This document shows positions 34,661 to 45,303 of a stretch of 64,000 nt of DNA, piece by piece. The notes below the pieces were generated by a model. The model was not told the origin of the DNA, ran no database searches, and was given only the letters and a program-made list of their open reading frames with translations. Made by a program: the position numbers and the translations under genes. The stretch is from a virus: IMG/VR virus record IMGVR_UViG_3300020183_000041, positions 21,126 through 85,125 of that record, one strand, 5' to 3'. The stretch's first letter is position 1; every line of letters starts with the position of its first letter.

Positions 34661-34675
34661 CTATGTCTCCATTTT

Positions 34676-34975
34676 TTATTCATATTCTGATCCTTCAATA
34701 AGTTCTTTTAAAACATTCCAATCAATAATTCCAACCTTTATATCGGAATCTTCGCCTAGAACAACGGAAATAAGGGGATGTTTATAATTAGATTTCCAGG
34801 CATCTTTGCGAAGTTTAATCCATGCATCCCTGGTAAGAGTAAATGTCTTGCCATTATGTTTATAATCAATAACAAACTGATTCATTGTTGCATCCCCTTT
34901 TTTAAGACCCCTGCCTGAATTTTTTACAGGTTTAGCACGATCACGTTTGGCTTCTTCTTTTTCGGTTCTTTTCAT
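34676..34975 (-). CDS. Hjc-like Holliday junction resolvase/endonuclease
   Basis: E..KNSGRG..KGDA..IDYK. Confidence 0.7.
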   Translation of the reverse strand: MKRTEKEEAKRDRAKPVKNSGRGLKKGDATMNQFVIDYKHNGKTFTLTRDAWIKLRKDAWKSNYKHPLISVVLGEDSDIKVGIIDWNVLKELIEGSEYE

Positions 34976-35097
34976 TTTAATTAATTTCTGTATCTGAAGA
35001 TTTAGATATTTCTTTATGAAGTTGATAAATATTATATGTGACCATTACAACAATAGATATTATTAGTATCAATAGAATTAGCATATATTTAACCTTT

Positions 35098-35379
35098 TTA
35101 CACTGTAGAGGCGTACTTGTACACCGCTTCCTTTGCCCAAAGATAAGCATCTCCATTTTTTTTAATTTCAATATTTTCATATGGAACAGCTATTCTTCGG
35201 TATAATTCCATTTTAGCGCATTCAATAGCGCCAATAATTGAATTGATTGTACTATATGACAATCCTTTTTTTTCAAGGTAATCATCACATAATGCAGTAA
35301 TTATAAAATTCAATTCTCCTTCATTTTCAACACCTCTTTCTGGGATTTGGTGTCTAATTTCTTCTTTTATATAAGGCAT
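35098..35379 (-). CDS. Conserved phage hypothetical protein
   Basis: MPYIK..GELNF..ECAKMELYRRIAVPYE..KNGD. Confidence 0.8.
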   Translation of the reverse strand: MPYIKEEIRHQIPERGVENEGELNFIITALCDDYLEKKGLSYSTINSIIGAIECAKMELYRRIAVPYENIEIKKNGDAYLWAKEAVYKYASTV

Positions 35380-35386
35380 AAAACTC

Positions 35387-35797
35387 CTATGCTGGGTAGT
35401 GCGTAATTATATAATCAACAGCCTCATCTAATGTTGGAACAATTTTTGTAGCCATGTATTTCATATATATACGATTTTTATTATCATTTGGACAAATTAC
35501 AATGATTGGCTGATTATGCATCTTGGCCCAAGCCATTTCAAAATCTGTACCAATATAAGGTCTATTTTCTAGAATATATTCCACTAATAATAAATCTGAG
35601 CGTTCTTGCATAAAAATATTTTTTTGTGCAATCTCTTCTGGAGACATATATTCATGCTCTGGTATTGCTGTTGGGTCGTAGACGTTATATTCAAATTGTT
35701 GCAATTTAAAGCCAGCGTCTTTGCGCCATACTGTTGCAAAACTCCCTACGTGGTCAATAGCCCCAGCAAGATATACAGTAGTTTTTAAACGAACCAT
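35387..35797 (-). CDS. Nucleoside 2-deoxyribosyltransferase-like protein
   Basis: VYLAGAI..WR..SDLLLV..GTDFEMAWA..PIIV. Confidence 0.8.
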   Translation of the reverse strand: MVRLKTTVYLAGAIDHVGSFATVWRKDAGFKLQQFEYNVYDPTAIPEHEYMSPEEIAQKNIFMQERSDLLLVEYILENRPYIGTDFEMAWAKMHNQPIIVICPNDNKNRIYMKYMATKIVPTLDEAVDYIITHYPA

Positions 35798-35816
35798 TTA
35801 TATTCCAGACACCTTT

Positions 35817-36731
35817 CTATGTAAGTATGCTTTTTGAGATCTGAAGTCTATCATGGTCGCTCAGGTCAATTGAAGAGAGACCGTTCCATTTTTTATCACC
35901 ATAGTTGTACCAAGCACCACGACGTTGAATAATATCCATTTCAATAGCAATATCTATTAACTCACGAACTATATCTATTTTCCCTTCTTGTGGAAGAACA
36001 TAGTAATAACCGCTCGCTCCAATAGTAGGAATTTGTTTTGTCTTTTCAATTGTCCACACCGCTCTCTGAGAGGTGATAGTGTTGGTGTCATCTCTTTCCA
36101 TTTCTTTCTGCGACATAGAAAGAAATAGTTTAATAATATTATGCATATTGTGATGGACAGTATTGCCCATCTTTGCTTTTGTTACCGCATACATACCGCT
36201 AAGATCGACGGTTTGATGGGCAATAAAAAGCATCAAATTACGTTCTTTATGCAGATAGTTAACAAGTTTTTGCAATAAGAAACCTTGAGATCTTGACTGT
36301 AGACCCATCGCCTTGCCGCCTTCGGGCTTGTCATAAAACTCTTCTTTGATGATGTTCGAAAGTGAATCAAACAAGAAAATATGTTTTTCAACATCATTAT
36401 TTAAATACTGGTGAATGGACTTCATAATCTCTTCAACAATTGTTGATTGAACAACAACAATATCACTTACATCAATACCGCATTTTTGTGCATATTCATC
36501 ATTATATGAATATTCAGAATCCACAATGACTGGACGGTAGCCCCTTGTTTGAGCCTCTGCCAGAATCCTAAATGACATTGTAGTTTTACCTACAGATGGG
36601 GTCCCCCAGAATAAATGAGTTGCACCAGTATTTAATCCACCACCTAAAGCTCTATTTAAACCAATGCTTGGTGTTGGGATTACCTCATGCACAGGCATGA
36701 GATCGCCTTTGCGTTTATCTACTAATAGCAT
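35817..36731 (-). CDS. recA: RecA/UvsX-like recombinase
   Basis: LNRALGGG..GTPSVGKTT..VDSE..FDSL..GAWYNY. Confidence 0.9.
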   Translation of the reverse strand: MLLVDKRKGDLMPVHEVIPTPSIGLNRALGGGLNTGATHLFWGTPSVGKTTMSFRILAEAQTRGYRPVIVDSEYSYNDEYAQKCGIDVSDIVVVQSTIVEEIMKSIHQYLNNDVEKHIFLFDSLSNIIKEEFYDKPEGGKAMGLQSRSQGFLLQKLVNYLHKERNLMLFIAHQTVDLSGMYAVTKAKMGNTVHHNMHNIIKLFLSMSQKEMERDDTNTITSQRAVWTIEKTKQIPTIGASGYYYVLPQEGKIDIVRELIDIAIEMDIIQRRGAWYNYGDKKWNGLSSIDLSDHDRLQISKSILT

Positions 36732-36763
36732 TTCTCTCCTTTTTTGATGTTTTAATTATATCT

Positions 36764-39700
36764 TTATACATTTTTTAATCCTTTTCTTTCAATATAGTCA
36801 TCAATAGAAATAATTCCGCTGTCGCTTTCAATCTTGTATGAATCAAGTCGAGTAAGTGCATTCTGATCCTCAATCTTTTCAAGCCGTGCTGCAAACCATG
36901 TATTTGTATTTAACAGGTGCCTAACCTTTTTAAGTGTATTGGGGAATACGACAACCTTGAAAATTCGTTTTCCGTCCCAGCAATAAAGGTTTGCCATTTC
37001 TTTCTTGGTGGATGTGATGAATTTTCTCATATTAAAGACATACATTAGTGTTTTTTCATCTTCAACATAGCCTAATCCTGTGTTGTGTAACCAGCCATAT
37101 TCATGGTCATCATGCTTTTTCCAGAGCATTGCTAAATCATAAAGAGTCGTACCGTAATATTCATAGGCATCACAGAAATCATGCAATGTGCGATCACCAA
37201 TCAATGCATAAACATAATCCCTTGTGGCAAGCTCTGTATTTCTATCCGCAAATACGGTTGATGATCCGGAATTATCCTCAAACTCAATGCGAAGATATTG
37301 GGGGGTCTTTTTGGTGGAGCGCACAACGGCTTTTACCAACGTCAATGGCGAAGCCGTTTCATGAAAGTCTACAAGTTTGCCAACGAATTCGTCCATCTCA
37401 TTCGGTTCAGCGTTGCTATTCAATGAGAACCCCAAAACGGGCAGATAGTACTTCTCATGGTCATATGACGATATATGGCCCAATGAGCAGAACGCTCCGA
37501 CTTTTTCTAAGTTTTCTCGCACGTTTGCACGCACCGAAGTCTTTTTACATCTATTGACAAATTCTTCATAAGAATTAAAAGGACGCTTTGCAAATATTTC
37601 TTGAATTGCCGATTCACCACAAAGGGCAACGTTAGACAATCCAAACTGGATGTATTCTTCATCACCATTCATTCCAACAGAAAAGTATTCATTTGATGTA
37701 TTTATATCAGGGGGAACAATCTTAACCCCAATACGCTGGGCTTCCATAAGATAAGCAGTAATCTTATCACCTGCTGTTTCATTGTAAAGCATCGACCAAA
37801 CGAATTCAAGAGGGTAGTTTATTTTCAGCCACATAGTCTGGTAAGACAACATAGAATAAGCGACCGCATGGGACTTGTTAAACATATAGAGGGCTGCAAG
37901 CTCAAACTCAGACCAGATTTTTTTTGCCTCTGATTTAGAGATATATTGATTATTTACAAACTTCTCTTTGAATTCATCAAAGCCAGCAGCATCACGCTTC
38001 TTACCAATTATCTTTCTAAGCCTATCTGCTTCTGACCACGAAAACCCCGCCATAACGACAGCCATTTGCATTAACTGTTCTTGAAAAATGACTGTGCCGT
38101 ATGTTTCTCTAAGGATATCTTGAACAATCGGATGAGGATACCTTGGCTTCTCAATACCTTTCTTGCAATCAATATATCTTTGACCCTGTGACAATAAAGC
38201 ACCTGGTCTAACAAGAGCGTTAGAAACAACTAAGTCATTAAAATTATCAATACCCATCCGCTCAATTAGATTGCGGTAGGCGGCAGCATCTGCTTGGAAA
38301 ATGCCAACAGTATTGCCTTCATTAAAGTTTAAATAAACATTTGAGTCATCTAAAGAAAGAGATTGCTGTGTAACATCTATACCACGAAGTTCTTTGATCT
38401 TGGCAATGCAGTCTTTTATAACAGAAACCGTTTTAAGACCCAAAATATCAATCTTGATTAACCCGACAGACTCTGCGTCTTCCATATCGAACGCTGTAAC
38501 AATAGACCTGCCCTCTCCGTTAGTATCCTTTTTTGTTTCTACGGGGCAGACACTACTAAGAGGTATCGATGAGACAACCATTCCAGCAGCATGGACACCT
38601 GCATTTCTAATCCGACCCTCAAGTTTCTTTGCAATTTTTGGAATATCAGGATACTTGGAACAAAAGACCTTGCCTTTTGGTGAACTCTCTAGTTCTTCAA
38701 GTGTTTCAAAGTAAGGAGTGATGTTATTAATTTCCTCAAATGGAACCTGATAAACGCGAGATATGTCTTTAATTACAGACTTTGGTTTAAATGTTCCATA
38801 TGTCGAAATTGCAGCAACGTTATCATGACCCCATTTATCTCTTAGATAGTTCCTTACCTCTGTTCTACGCTTATCCTCAAAGTCTAAGTCAATGTCTGGA
38901 TAGTCATTTCTTTCTGGATTAATAAATCTTGAGAACAGTAGGCCATACTTAATAGGATCTACTTTTGTTATGTCCAACAGGTAGGCAAGGACAGAACCAC
39001 CAACAGAGCCTCGACCCGTCCCTCTGCCAATGTGATTATTATCAGCCCACTTAACAAGATCCCAAACAATCAAGAAATAGTCAGAAAAACCAAGCTGTTC
39101 AATTATTTCCAATTCTTCATTAAGACGAGTTTTGTATTCATCTCCAAGCTTTTGGGTCTGAATTGTAAATTCCGCAACCTCACGAAGATAGTGATTAGAA
39201 TCAAGAACTTTAGAATACTTAGGCAATAAATTTCTTTTTGTTATGATCTTTGCTGTGCACTTGTCAGCAACTTCCATTGTATTTTCTAAATACTCCTGAT
39301 CATCAAATCCAGATTCTGTAAACCATGAGTAAACAGTTTCTGCATCTGCAACATATGGATTGATCTTGTCAAACCGCAAAAACCGTTCTGGGTACATAGC
39401 ATTGATTTTGTCAATAATGTCTGCATTTTTATCATGGATAATACTCAAATTATTCCGAGCAACACGCACATCACCAGCATTAAGACTGGGGTACTGAGAA
39501 ACCATCAATAGAACCTCTTCTGTTCCCCGATCTTCATGGGATGGGAAATGGCAATCAGCAGTTGCTACAACCTTTTTGTTATAAGCATCAGCAAGAGATA
39601 TTAATGACTCATTTAGAGACTTGGGATTCCATGCTTGGATTTCATAGTAAAAATCATCACCGAATATTTTAATGAATTTTTCTGATAGAGCCTGGGCTTT

Positions 39701-40153
39701 AGCAAAGTCATTTGCTTCTATTGCTTTAGATATTGCTCCACCCATGCAACCAGAAAGAGCAATAATGTCATTATCCACCACCTCTGACAGCAGATCGAAA
39801 TCAACTCTTGGCCTATAATAAAAGTTCTTTGTCCAGCCAATCTGTGATATTTTAAATAACTTCTCAAGACCGGCATTGTTCTTAGCCAATAGAATTAAAT
39901 GAAACCGTTCGTATTTTGTTTGAGAATCTGAATTAACAGATGGAACAAAATAAGCCTCAACACCAAATAATGGTTTTACCCCGTGTTTTTCACAGGCACT
40001 TTGGAACTTTAATACACCACCCATTGTGCCGTGGTCTGTTATTGCTGCTGCATACTGACCGTTGGTACTTGTAATTTTTGCTATTTCAGTTGGTGTTGAC
40101 ATTCCATCAAGCAAGGAATATTCGCTATGGCAATGAAGATGGACAAAATCCAT
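36764..40153 (-). CDS. dnaE: DNA polymerase III alpha subunit
   Basis: PHP motif HLHCHSEYSLLDG, GRGS, PDIDLDF, KIDILGL, FNKSHA. Confidence 0.97.
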   Translation of the reverse strand: MDFVHLHCHSEYSLLDGMSTPTEIAKITSTNGQYAAAITDHGTMGGVLKFQSACEKHGVKPLFGVEAYFVPSVNSDSQTKYERFHLILLAKNNAGLEKLFKISQIGWTKNFYYRPRVDFDLLSEVVDNDIIALSGCMGGAISKAIEANDFAKAQALSEKFIKIFGDDFYYEIQAWNPKSLNESLISLADAYNKKVVATADCHFPSHEDRGTEEVLLMVSQYPSLNAGDVRVARNNLSIIHDKNADIIDKINAMYPERFLRFDKINPYVADAETVYSWFTESGFDDQEYLENTMEVADKCTAKIITKRNLLPKYSKVLDSNHYLREVAEFTIQTQKLGDEYKTRLNEELEIIEQLGFSDYFLIVWDLVKWADNNHIGRGTGRGSVGGSVLAYLLDITKVDPIKYGLLFSRFINPERNDYPDIDLDFEDKRRTEVRNYLRDKWGHDNVAAISTYGTFKPKSVIKDISRVYQVPFEEINNITPYFETLEELESSPKGKVFCSKYPDIPKIAKKLEGRIRNAGVHAAGMVVSSIPLSSVCPVETKKDTNGEGRSIVTAFDMEDAESVGLIKIDILGLKTVSVIKDCIAKIKELRGIDVTQQSLSLDDSNVYLNFNEGNTVGIFQADAAAYRNLIERMGIDNFNDLVVSNALVRPGALLSQGQRYIDCKKGIEKPRYPHPIVQDILRETYGTVIFQEQLMQMAVVMAGFSWSEADRLRKIIGKKRDAAGFDEFKEKFVNNQYISKSEAKKIWSEFELAALYMFNKSHAVAYSMLSYQTMWLKINYPLEFVWSMLYNETAGDKITAYLMEAQRIGVKIVPPDINTSNEYFSVGMNGDEEYIQFGLSNVALCGESAIQEIFAKRPFNSYEEFVNRCKKTSVRANVRENLEKVGAFCSLGHISSYDHEKYYLPVLGFSLNSNAEPNEMDEFVGKLVDFHETASPLTLVKAVVRSTKKTPQYLRIEFEDNSGSSTVFADRNTELATRDYVYALIGDRTLHDFCDAYEYYGTTLYDLAMLWKKHDDHEYGWLHNTGLGYVEDEKTLMYVFNMRKFITSTKKEMANLYCWDGKRIFKVVVFPNTLKKVRHLLNTNTWFAARLEKIEDQNALTRLDSYKIESDSGIISIDDYIERKGLKNV

Positions 40154-40683
40154 TACGACCTTTCAAGGTTTAATTCATAAAGACTGCCCACACTCGGCAA
40201 GTCATCCCAATATTCGCTATTGTACCATGCCCGTCTCAAGACTGCGTTCATATTGTTTTCTTTTAAAAACTCAACAAAGAAAGGACTATCTTCTATAAAA
40301 ATAGAATTTTCATTATCGACATTTGATATAAAAGAATATTTGTTTTCAAAATTAGAATAAATTGGCAATGAACACGGTATACGCCAGTCATCAATGTTTT
40401 TATTTAAAATACTTTGATGGTCAGGAACATCTCGCTCGCTAACAGCGCATATGTTATGGCCATACAAAAACCAAGAATTTAATTGATGATAAGCATCTTC
40501 AAAACATTTAATATTTTTCCAAAAAATATTTTTTTTTATTATTTTTGAAATAATATCGTCATGCTCATTATTCAATATCCAATTTGAATAATCATATTTA
40601 TCATGACCTTCTTTTTCACAAGCCCTGTCTAAGGTTGCTACTATATCAAAAATAACGCCATCCGCATCAACATAAATTTTCAT
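40153..40683 (-). CDS. HAD-family 5'(3')-deoxyribonucleotidase-like protein
   Basis: YVDADGVIFD..FIEDSP..WYN. Confidence 0.75.
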   Translation of the reverse strand: MKIYVDADGVIFDIVATLDRACEKEGHDKYDYSNWILNNEHDDIISKIIKKNIFWKNIKCFEDAYHQLNSWFLYGHNICAVSERDVPDHQSILNKNIDDWRIPCSLPIYSNFENKYSFISNVDNENSIFIEDSPFFVEFLKENNMNAVLRRAWYNSEYWDDLPSVGSLYELNLERS

Positions 40684-40698
40684 TAAGACCTCTCAATC

Positions 40699-40728
40699 TG
40701 AATGGGGGGGGGTACCCCCCCCCATTCA
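40699..40728. terminator. Perfect 30-bp palindrome after the SSB gene
   Basis: TGAAT-G9-TA-C9-ATTCA. Confidence 0.55.
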
Positions 40729-40734
40729 ACAACA

Positions 40735-41385
40735 TCACCAAGTGTCTTTTGTAATTTCACCAGTTGTAAAATATGCCTGCTGCTTTTCATACGGAAGAGT
40801 TAAATACATATTTTCCAAATCGTGCATTGGCAACTTCTTAATATCTTCTGGGGCATCTGCCACAGACAGAGGGATTAAACTATAACTGGTGTCTGAAGCA
40901 GATGAGCCAGTTCTGGAATACTTATAATACTTATCAGTAATTGTTCCAAATTCCTTAGCATACTCAATGAGTACAAGCCCAATATGATTTTTGCTAAATG
41001 TAGTGTCAAGAACACGCGGTTCCCAAACACCAGGCTCTATCTCAACAGCAATATTAATAAGAAGATGCGGTTTTGGCTTCCAAGCCTTGTCGTGGACTGA
41101 CTGTTCCGTTGCCCAGCAACGGTAGTTAAATTTTTCAAGGGAAGAAGTCGATGCCGCTCGCCACTTCCAATTAATTGGAGAAGTAACGACTGGAATAGTA
41201 ATCCCAGTCCCTAACTCTTCATTAAAATTAGTGGAGTCTTCGGTAAGTTCTTGGCGGAAACGAATCTTAAAAGAGTCGCCAGCGGACAGGGTTAAGTATT
41301 TCTTAAACCCAGAACCTTGTTTTGATTGTGATGGTACTGCTGTTTTTTCTAATTCTTTAAGTGTTTTAATGCTTGAAAATGTCAT
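40735..41385 (-). CDS. gp32-like ssDNA-binding protein
   Basis: KIRF..YKYSRTG..DTSYSLIP; position between primase and polymerase; AAGGA SD. Confidence 0.65.
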   Translation of the reverse strand: MTFSSIKTLKELEKTAVPSQSKQGSGFKKYLTLSAGDSFKIRFRQELTEDSTNFNEELGTGITIPVVTSPINWKWRAASTSSLEKFNYRCWATEQSVHDKAWKPKPHLLINIAVEIEPGVWEPRVLDTTFSKNHIGLVLIEYAKEFGTITDKYYKYSRTGSSASDTSYSLIPLSVADAPEDIKKLPMHDLENMYLTLPYEKQQAYFTTGEITKDTW

Positions 41386-41395
41386 GTTGTTTCCT

Positions 41396-42289
41396 TTATA
41401 TGATTTGAATTGTATTCTCAATTGAGAATTGTATTTGTTGTTTTGTCATTTCGCCTGGGTCTTTGCAGCCTTCGGCTATCTTTGCTTCAGTAATTTTTTT
41501 ACCTCGACAGAGATCTATTATATCAGAGCGCATGGCAAAACCTGCTTCATCATTGTCTGAAAAAATAATGATGTGATCAAAATATCTTTTCAACATTTTT
41601 ATTTGATTTGAAGACACTTGAGCGCCCAGAGTTGCGACCACGTTGTAATATCCAGCTTGATAAACCATCATTGCATCAACAGAGCCCTCAGTAATTATAC
41701 AAGAAGGGTAATACTTTGCATTTTGTATATTAAACAAAACATCTGCTCTTTTAAATCCCTTATTGTAAAGGTATCTTGGCTGCTGGTGGTCCATCGTTGC
41801 TCTACCAATAAAACCAACTAATTTATAATTAGCATCACGAACTGGAATGACTATTCTTTTTTTAACATCAGAATACCCGACTTCAAAATATTCCAATGTT
41901 TCTAAGTCTATGCCTCTTTCTACAAACTGGTCGAGAACTTCTATTTCTTCCTTGTTTGAATAGTTAATTAATATATTATCTATATCAAGTTCGTTTGAAT
42001 TTTGTTCTGATTTAAAGCCACGTTCTATTTCTTTTGCAAGAGCAACTGGGTCGATAGCAATATTTTTAGAATAAGATTTACCAGTAATTTGACGATAAAG
42101 CTGTCTAAAATTACCACGCTTGGCGCAAGATGGATTAAAACACTGCCACAGTCCCGTTTTTTTATTTATATAAAAAGCAGCACTATTTAAATTCTTATGG
42201 AATGGGCAAAAAATATTGAGTTCACTACCACTATCAGTAATAACGTCAATATTATAATTCTTGAATAGTTCAAGAATTTGGTTCTCCAT
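41396..42289 (-). CDS. dnaG: DNA primase (CHC2 Zn finger plus TOPRIM)
   Basis: CPFH..CFNPSC..GFIGR..ITEGSVD..FSDNDEAG..KDPGE. Confidence 0.92.
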   Translation of the reverse strand: MENQILELFKNYNIDVITDSGSELNIFCPFHKNLNSAAFYINKKTGLWQCFNPSCAKRGNFRQLYRQITGKSYSKNIAIDPVALAKEIERGFKSEQNSNELDIDNILINYSNKEEIEVLDQFVERGIDLETLEYFEVGYSDVKKRIVIPVRDANYKLVGFIGRATMDHQQPRYLYNKGFKRADVLFNIQNAKYYPSCIITEGSVDAMMVYQAGYYNVVATLGAQVSSNQIKMLKRYFDHIIIFSDNDEAGFAMRSDIIDLCRGKKITEAKIAEGCKDPGEMTKQQIQFSIENTIQII

Positions 42290-42290
42290 A

Positions 42291-42515
42291 TTACTTATAA
42301 AAAACGATTTTGAATTTGAAGATGTTTGCATTTGCATCATAATCAGTAAAAAGCTCACTTTTTTTAAAAGCACCGTGCATTATTCTATATTCGTCTTCTA
42401 TCCAAGGCCTCAACCTTACAACAGTTTCAATGTCACGGGCTTCGCCATTAATGAACTTTTTAGTTTGATTTAAATATCCCACTCTTCTGACCACTTTCCT
42501 GTTTCGAGGTTCCAT
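42291..42515 (-). CDS. Hypothetical protein (start uncertain)
   Basis: Fills the gap between helicase and primase. Confidence 0.55.
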   Translation of the reverse strand: MEPRNRKVVRRVGYLNQTKKFINGEARDIETVVRLRPWIEDEYRIMHGAFKKSELFTDYDANANIFKFKIVFYK

Positions 42516-43687
42516 CTAAGATAGAAACCAAAATGAGTAGAACGTCTTACTTTTCTGGATACAACTTGAAATAGATCCGAATTGTATTCTCTGTGTATAG
42601 CAAGAACAAGGTCTGCGTCATAGGCAAGTTGTTTACTCCATGCGACCTCTTCTAATTCTGGTGGTCGTTCAGAATGACCATCACTCATCGTTACAGCAGC
42701 AACATCGATGATAGGAATACCATTTTTAACTGCCATTCTCTTGAAAGCCTTAGACAAGTTTTTGGCTTTTTCGGTTTCATTTCTAGCACCACTAGCATCA
42801 TCAAAAAGACTATGATAATCAAGAATGACAACATCTGGCTGATACTGATCGATCTTTGCCTGAACCATATTTTGATCTGCTGTTTCAAGGCCCTCAGAAG
42901 TAACAAGATGAATAGCGTGCTTACCAGAAAAAGTAGCCTCTGCCCACTGTTTATACTTATCTACAACTAATGGGTTAGCACGAACAAGATCTGAATTTGT
43001 AAAATTACCTTCTCCATTGTTAAGCAAAGTATCAAGTCTTTGCCCCTCTTGCTGCTTATTCATTTCTAGAGAAATTATTAGCGGTCTATACCCAGCCTTC
43101 CATGCATTTACTGCAAAAAGTCGCGCAATAAAAGATTTGCCAACACCAGTCCAACCAAGCAACACAACAAAATCTCCTGATTGCCAACCACCAAAAGATT
43201 TATCAATTACGCCAATACCACTAGGTATGCCTTGAAGTTCTTGATTACCTTTTTCTGCTCTGGCTCTCAGATCATCAAAGCGATCACGCCATTCACCTAC
43301 TAAATCTGTATCTTTGAGGTTACTGGAATATTTATAAAGCTTTGATGTATTTTCCATCAAATAAGATAGGGCTTCCCTAGGGCCAACGTCGCCAAGCATT
43401 GAATTTGCTTTGGATACAATGACTCTGGTTTGATATGCTAAAGATTCTTTTTTAGCATCATCAATATAATACTCCAAAGGCTCTGGAGTAGAAATAAATT
43501 CAAACTCAGGGTGGTGCTGTTTTACTGTTTCTCTTGATGGCACTTTCTTATGGCTGTCGTAATGAGAAACGACAAAATTCCATATATCACGATATTCAAT
43601 GAAGACATTCTCTACGCCTCCATTTACTGCTCCGACAAAATCATTAGTTGAAATTATTGAATTTAAAAGACGAACTTCGTAGTTCAC
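42470..43687 (-). CDS. dnaB: DnaB-like replicative helicase
   Basis: GWTGVGKS, SLEM, ILDY, AYDAD. Confidence 0.92.
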   Translation of the reverse strand: MNYEVRLLNSIISTNDFVGAVNGGVENVFIEYRDIWNFVVSHYDSHKKVPSRETVKQHHPEFEFISTPEPLEYYIDDAKKESLAYQTRVIVSKANSMLGDVGPREALSYLMENTSKLYKYSSNLKDTDLVGEWRDRFDDLRARAEKGNQELQGIPSGIGVIDKSFGGWQSGDFVVLLGWTGVGKSFIARLFAVNAWKAGYRPLIISLEMNKQQEGQRLDTLLNNGEGNFTNSDLVRANPLVVDKYKQWAEATFSGKHAIHLVTSEGLETADQNMVQAKIDQYQPDVVILDYHSLFDDASGARNETEKAKNLSKAFKRMAVKNGIPIIDVAAVTMSDGHSERPPELEEVAWSKQLAYDADLVLAIHREYNSDLFQVVSRKVRRSTHFGFYLRWNLETGKWSEEWDI

Positions 43688-43986
43688 TCATTTACCATTC
43701 TGTCGTGGGTTTCCTTAACTAAATTCTTAAATCTATTTTTGGCTTCTTCTTCAAATTTTACCTTGTCAATTAATGACCTTGATTCAATTGCAAAATCAAA
43801 AACCAAAAATGGACCATGATTTACCTTAATAAAAACATCAACTGCTTTCTTTAAGAATTCTGCATCATAGTGCTTCGCCAAAGCGTCTGCAACCGCTTCC
43901 TGCCGTGGAGAATCGGGTATGAAAAGTTTACGATATTTGTCGCATAAACTTTTGAAGTACTCTATCAGTTCTGGCCCAGTTATCAT
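43684..43986 (-). CDS. Hypothetical protein
   Basis: ATGA-coupled to helicase. Confidence 0.7.
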   Translation of the reverse strand: MITGPELIEYFKSLCDKYRKLFIPDSPRQEAVADALAKHYDAEFLKKAVDVFIKVNHGPFLVFDFAIESRSLIDKVKFEEEAKNRFKNLVKETHDRMVNE

Positions 43987-44263
43987 CAGTATCTTTCTTT
44001 GTCTCCTTCCATATTCCTAATAAAAATTCATATTCAGATATACCACCATTTACTCCGTAAAACCCAGTTTTATCAGAAACGTCAGATTCCCATGCTTGTA
44101 AAAAACATTCACGGCGAACCGTGCATTTCTCACATCCAATTTTGGCATATACAATATCTTCTTTATTATAAGACAACCACGCTTCTGATTTTGGGTCAGA
44201 AGCACAAACTGCTTTTTTTGCCCAATCGTTATTTATATAATCATTTAGAAGGTTCATTATCAA
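43928..44263 (-). CDS. whiB: WhiB family transcription factor
   Basis: WAKKAVC..AKIGCEKCTVRREC..YGVNGGISEYE. Confidence 0.85.
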   Translation of the reverse strand: MIMNLLNDYINNDWAKKAVCASDPKSEAWLSYNKEDIVYAKIGCEKCTVRRECFLQAWESDVSDKTGFYGVNGGISEYEFLLGIWKETKKDTDDNWARTDRVLQKFMRQIS

Positions 44264-44447
44264 GCTCTAAAAGCTTGGTTTCAATCTGGGCATCAATCGC
44301 TTCCCATAGTTTCTTCCAAGCCGTATCGTCATCGACAGACGAGGCTTTTGTTTTTGCACCCGCATCAAGCCTCAAGGATTCATAATTACCAAGATTCTTA
44401 GTAATCCCAATAGAAGCCCAGATTTCAATTTCATTTTGATTTGACAT
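44241..44447 (-). CDS. Conserved phage hypothetical protein
   Basis: GITKNLGNYESLRLD. Confidence 0.75.
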   Translation of the reverse strand: MSNQNEIEIWASIGITKNLGNYESLRLDAGAKTKASSVDDDTAWKKLWEAIDAQIETKLLELDNEPSK

Positions 44448-44889
44448 TGTTTTCCTTAATCGTTAATTTTACTTTGTTATTAAGATTTTTAATTTTTGTA
44501 TCAAGATTTTTTACTTTTTCCAAAACTGGTCGCCCTCTGTTTCTAGACCCAAAAAATTCTACCATCTCATATACTGCTTCTTCACTATAGTACCGCCAAG
44601 AAGAGTAACCAGTATATTCATCACCAAATTTTTGTGCGCCTGGGATTAAGCCGCGTTTTTCATATTTCCTGATGGTATCTGGTCTTCTTTCTACAATTTT
44701 AGCGACCTCTCCAACCGTATATATTCTTTTTAACAAAAGTTCATTTTGCTGGTACGGAATAAGAACAGTTTTATTATTTTTTAAAGATTGGATAAAAATT
44801 TTATTTCCTGATCTATTAATTCTTTTAATTTTGACAATTGAACCAGAGTATAAATAAAATTTATTTTGAATCAGTTTTGTTGTTAACAA
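44431..44889 (-). CDS. MerR-type HTH protein
   Basis: YTVGEVAKIVERRPDTIRKYEKRGLIP..WRYYS. Confidence 0.85.
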   Translation of the reverse strand: MLTTKLIQNKFYLYSGSIVKIKRINRSGNKIFIQSLKNNKTVLIPYQQNELLLKRIYTVGEVAKIVERRPDTIRKYEKRGLIPGAQKFGDEYTGYSSWRYYSEEAVYEMVEFFGSRNRGRPVLEKVKNLDTKIKNLNNKVKLTIKENNVKSK

Positions 44890-45094
44890 TCTGCTTCCTC
44901 CGTTGTTTTGCCTTTTTTAATTTAGTTAACAGGGAATCTAGCTCAACAATACTTATATCTTTGCTATCTGAGCATTTGATACAGGTAATATCCACCCACA
45001 TTTCACCAAGCGCATAATAGTCTTCACCTACTGTTTTTATACCCCCACATTTACTACATGTGAATCGTACTGAAGCATATTTTCCCAATGCCAT
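44861..45094 (-). CDS. Zn-ribbon protein
   Basis: CSKCGG..CIKC. Confidence 0.65.
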   Translation of the reverse strand: MALGKYASVRFTCSKCGGIKTVGEDYYALGEMWVDITCIKCSDSKDISIVELDSLLTKLKKAKQRRKQIVNNKTDSK

Positions 45095-45095
45095 G

Positions 45096-45296
45096 TTACT
45101 TTAATGTTGCAGCACTATTTGGATCGCCAATTTTCGTAGCAACAAATCCTTTCAAGACACTAAGGCCTGCAGCAGCAGCAGCAGTTGCTGCTGACTTTAA
45201 TTCATCAACTCCACCAATGGTATAAATAGCAATGAAAGTCTGGACTGCTGTCCAGAATGCTCTTTCAACAATATCTTTTGTCAATTTAATATTCAT
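45096..45296 (-). CDS. Holin-like membrane protein (r1t type)
   Basis: DIVERAFWTAVQTF..AAAAAGLSVLK. Confidence 0.75.
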   Translation of the reverse strand: MNIKLTKDIVERAFWTAVQTFIAIYTIGGVDELKSAATAAAAAGLSVLKGFVATKIGDPNSAATLK

Positions 45297-45303
45297 ATTT
45301 CTC

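Noticed and set aside
36764-40153. Intein or intron in DnaE, RecA, DnaB or terminase
   Set aside because: Lengths are normal and no splicing or LAGLIDADG motifs were seen
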